From: Macrostomum lignano
Taxonomy: Eukaryota
DNA length: 64,000 nucleotides
NCBI GenBank assembly: GCA_002269645.1
Contig: NIVC01002822.1
Coordinates: 62,001-126,000 of the forward strand
Direction of reading: 5' to 3'
Under the pieces are notes generated by a model. That model did no database searches and was not told the origin of the DNA. It saw only the letters and a list, made by a program, of their open reading frames with translations. The position numbers and the translations under genes were made by a program. Positions 63,650 to 64,000 of the stretch are shown one piece after another (position 1 is the stretch's first letter; each line of letters opens with the position of its first letter).

Positions 63650-64000
63650 CCTTTAAGACACCCATTGGAACTGTACTGAGGACACCCCTTGGAACACCCA
63701 TTGGAACTGTACTGAGGACACCCCTAGAACACCCATTGGAACTGTACTGCGGACACCCCTTGGAACACCCATTGGAACTGTACTGAGGACACCCCTTGGA
63801 ACACCCATTGGAACTGTACTGAGGACACCCCTAGAACACCCATTGGAACTGTACTGCGGACACCCATTGGAACACCCATTGGAACTGTACTGAGGACACC
63901 CCTTGGAACACCCATTGGAACTGTACTGAGGACACCCCTTGGAACACCCATTGGAACTGTACTGAGGACACCCCTTGGAACACCCATTGGAACTGTACTG
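63650..64000. repeat. 36-nt minisatellite GGAACACCCATTGGAACTGTACTGAGGACACCCCTT (runs off the window)
   Basis: About 10 units. Confidence 0.95.

Overview
This is eukaryotic (animal) genomic DNA with GC3-rich exons. About half the window (my hand tally: roughly 31 kb in about 47 arrays) is micro- or minisatellite sitting in introns. That style suggests a free-living flatworm such as Macrostomum, but this is inference only and no database search was possible. I reconstructed four genes by hand from splice sites and reading phase. (1) 575-1592 (-): an apparently intronless secreted protein with a PAN/apple-like domain and a LamG/ConA-like lectin domain, broken by one frameshift. (2) 2874-4808 (-): a spliced gene of unknown function with a tRNA-headed CORE-type SINE in intron 1 and one frameshift or unresolved intron. 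(3) 8513-35239 (+): a 10-exon, 589-aa cell-surface protein with signal peptide, 3 divergent Ig domains, FN3 and a GPI signal (Klingon/Wrapper-like layout). (4) 38436 to beyond 63104 (-): CASK/LIN-2, with 14 exons in the window and its 5' end outside it. Four observations stand out. At least 8 otherwise unrelated minisatellite families share the core TGAG(A/G)ATC. CASK has a candidate internal promoter and Cys-rich alternative first exon, which would give a kinase-less short isoform. Several related arrays form inverted pairs around exon groups. A recent duplication appears to catch a satellite changing its unit. Most long ORFs in the supplied track are translations of repeats.
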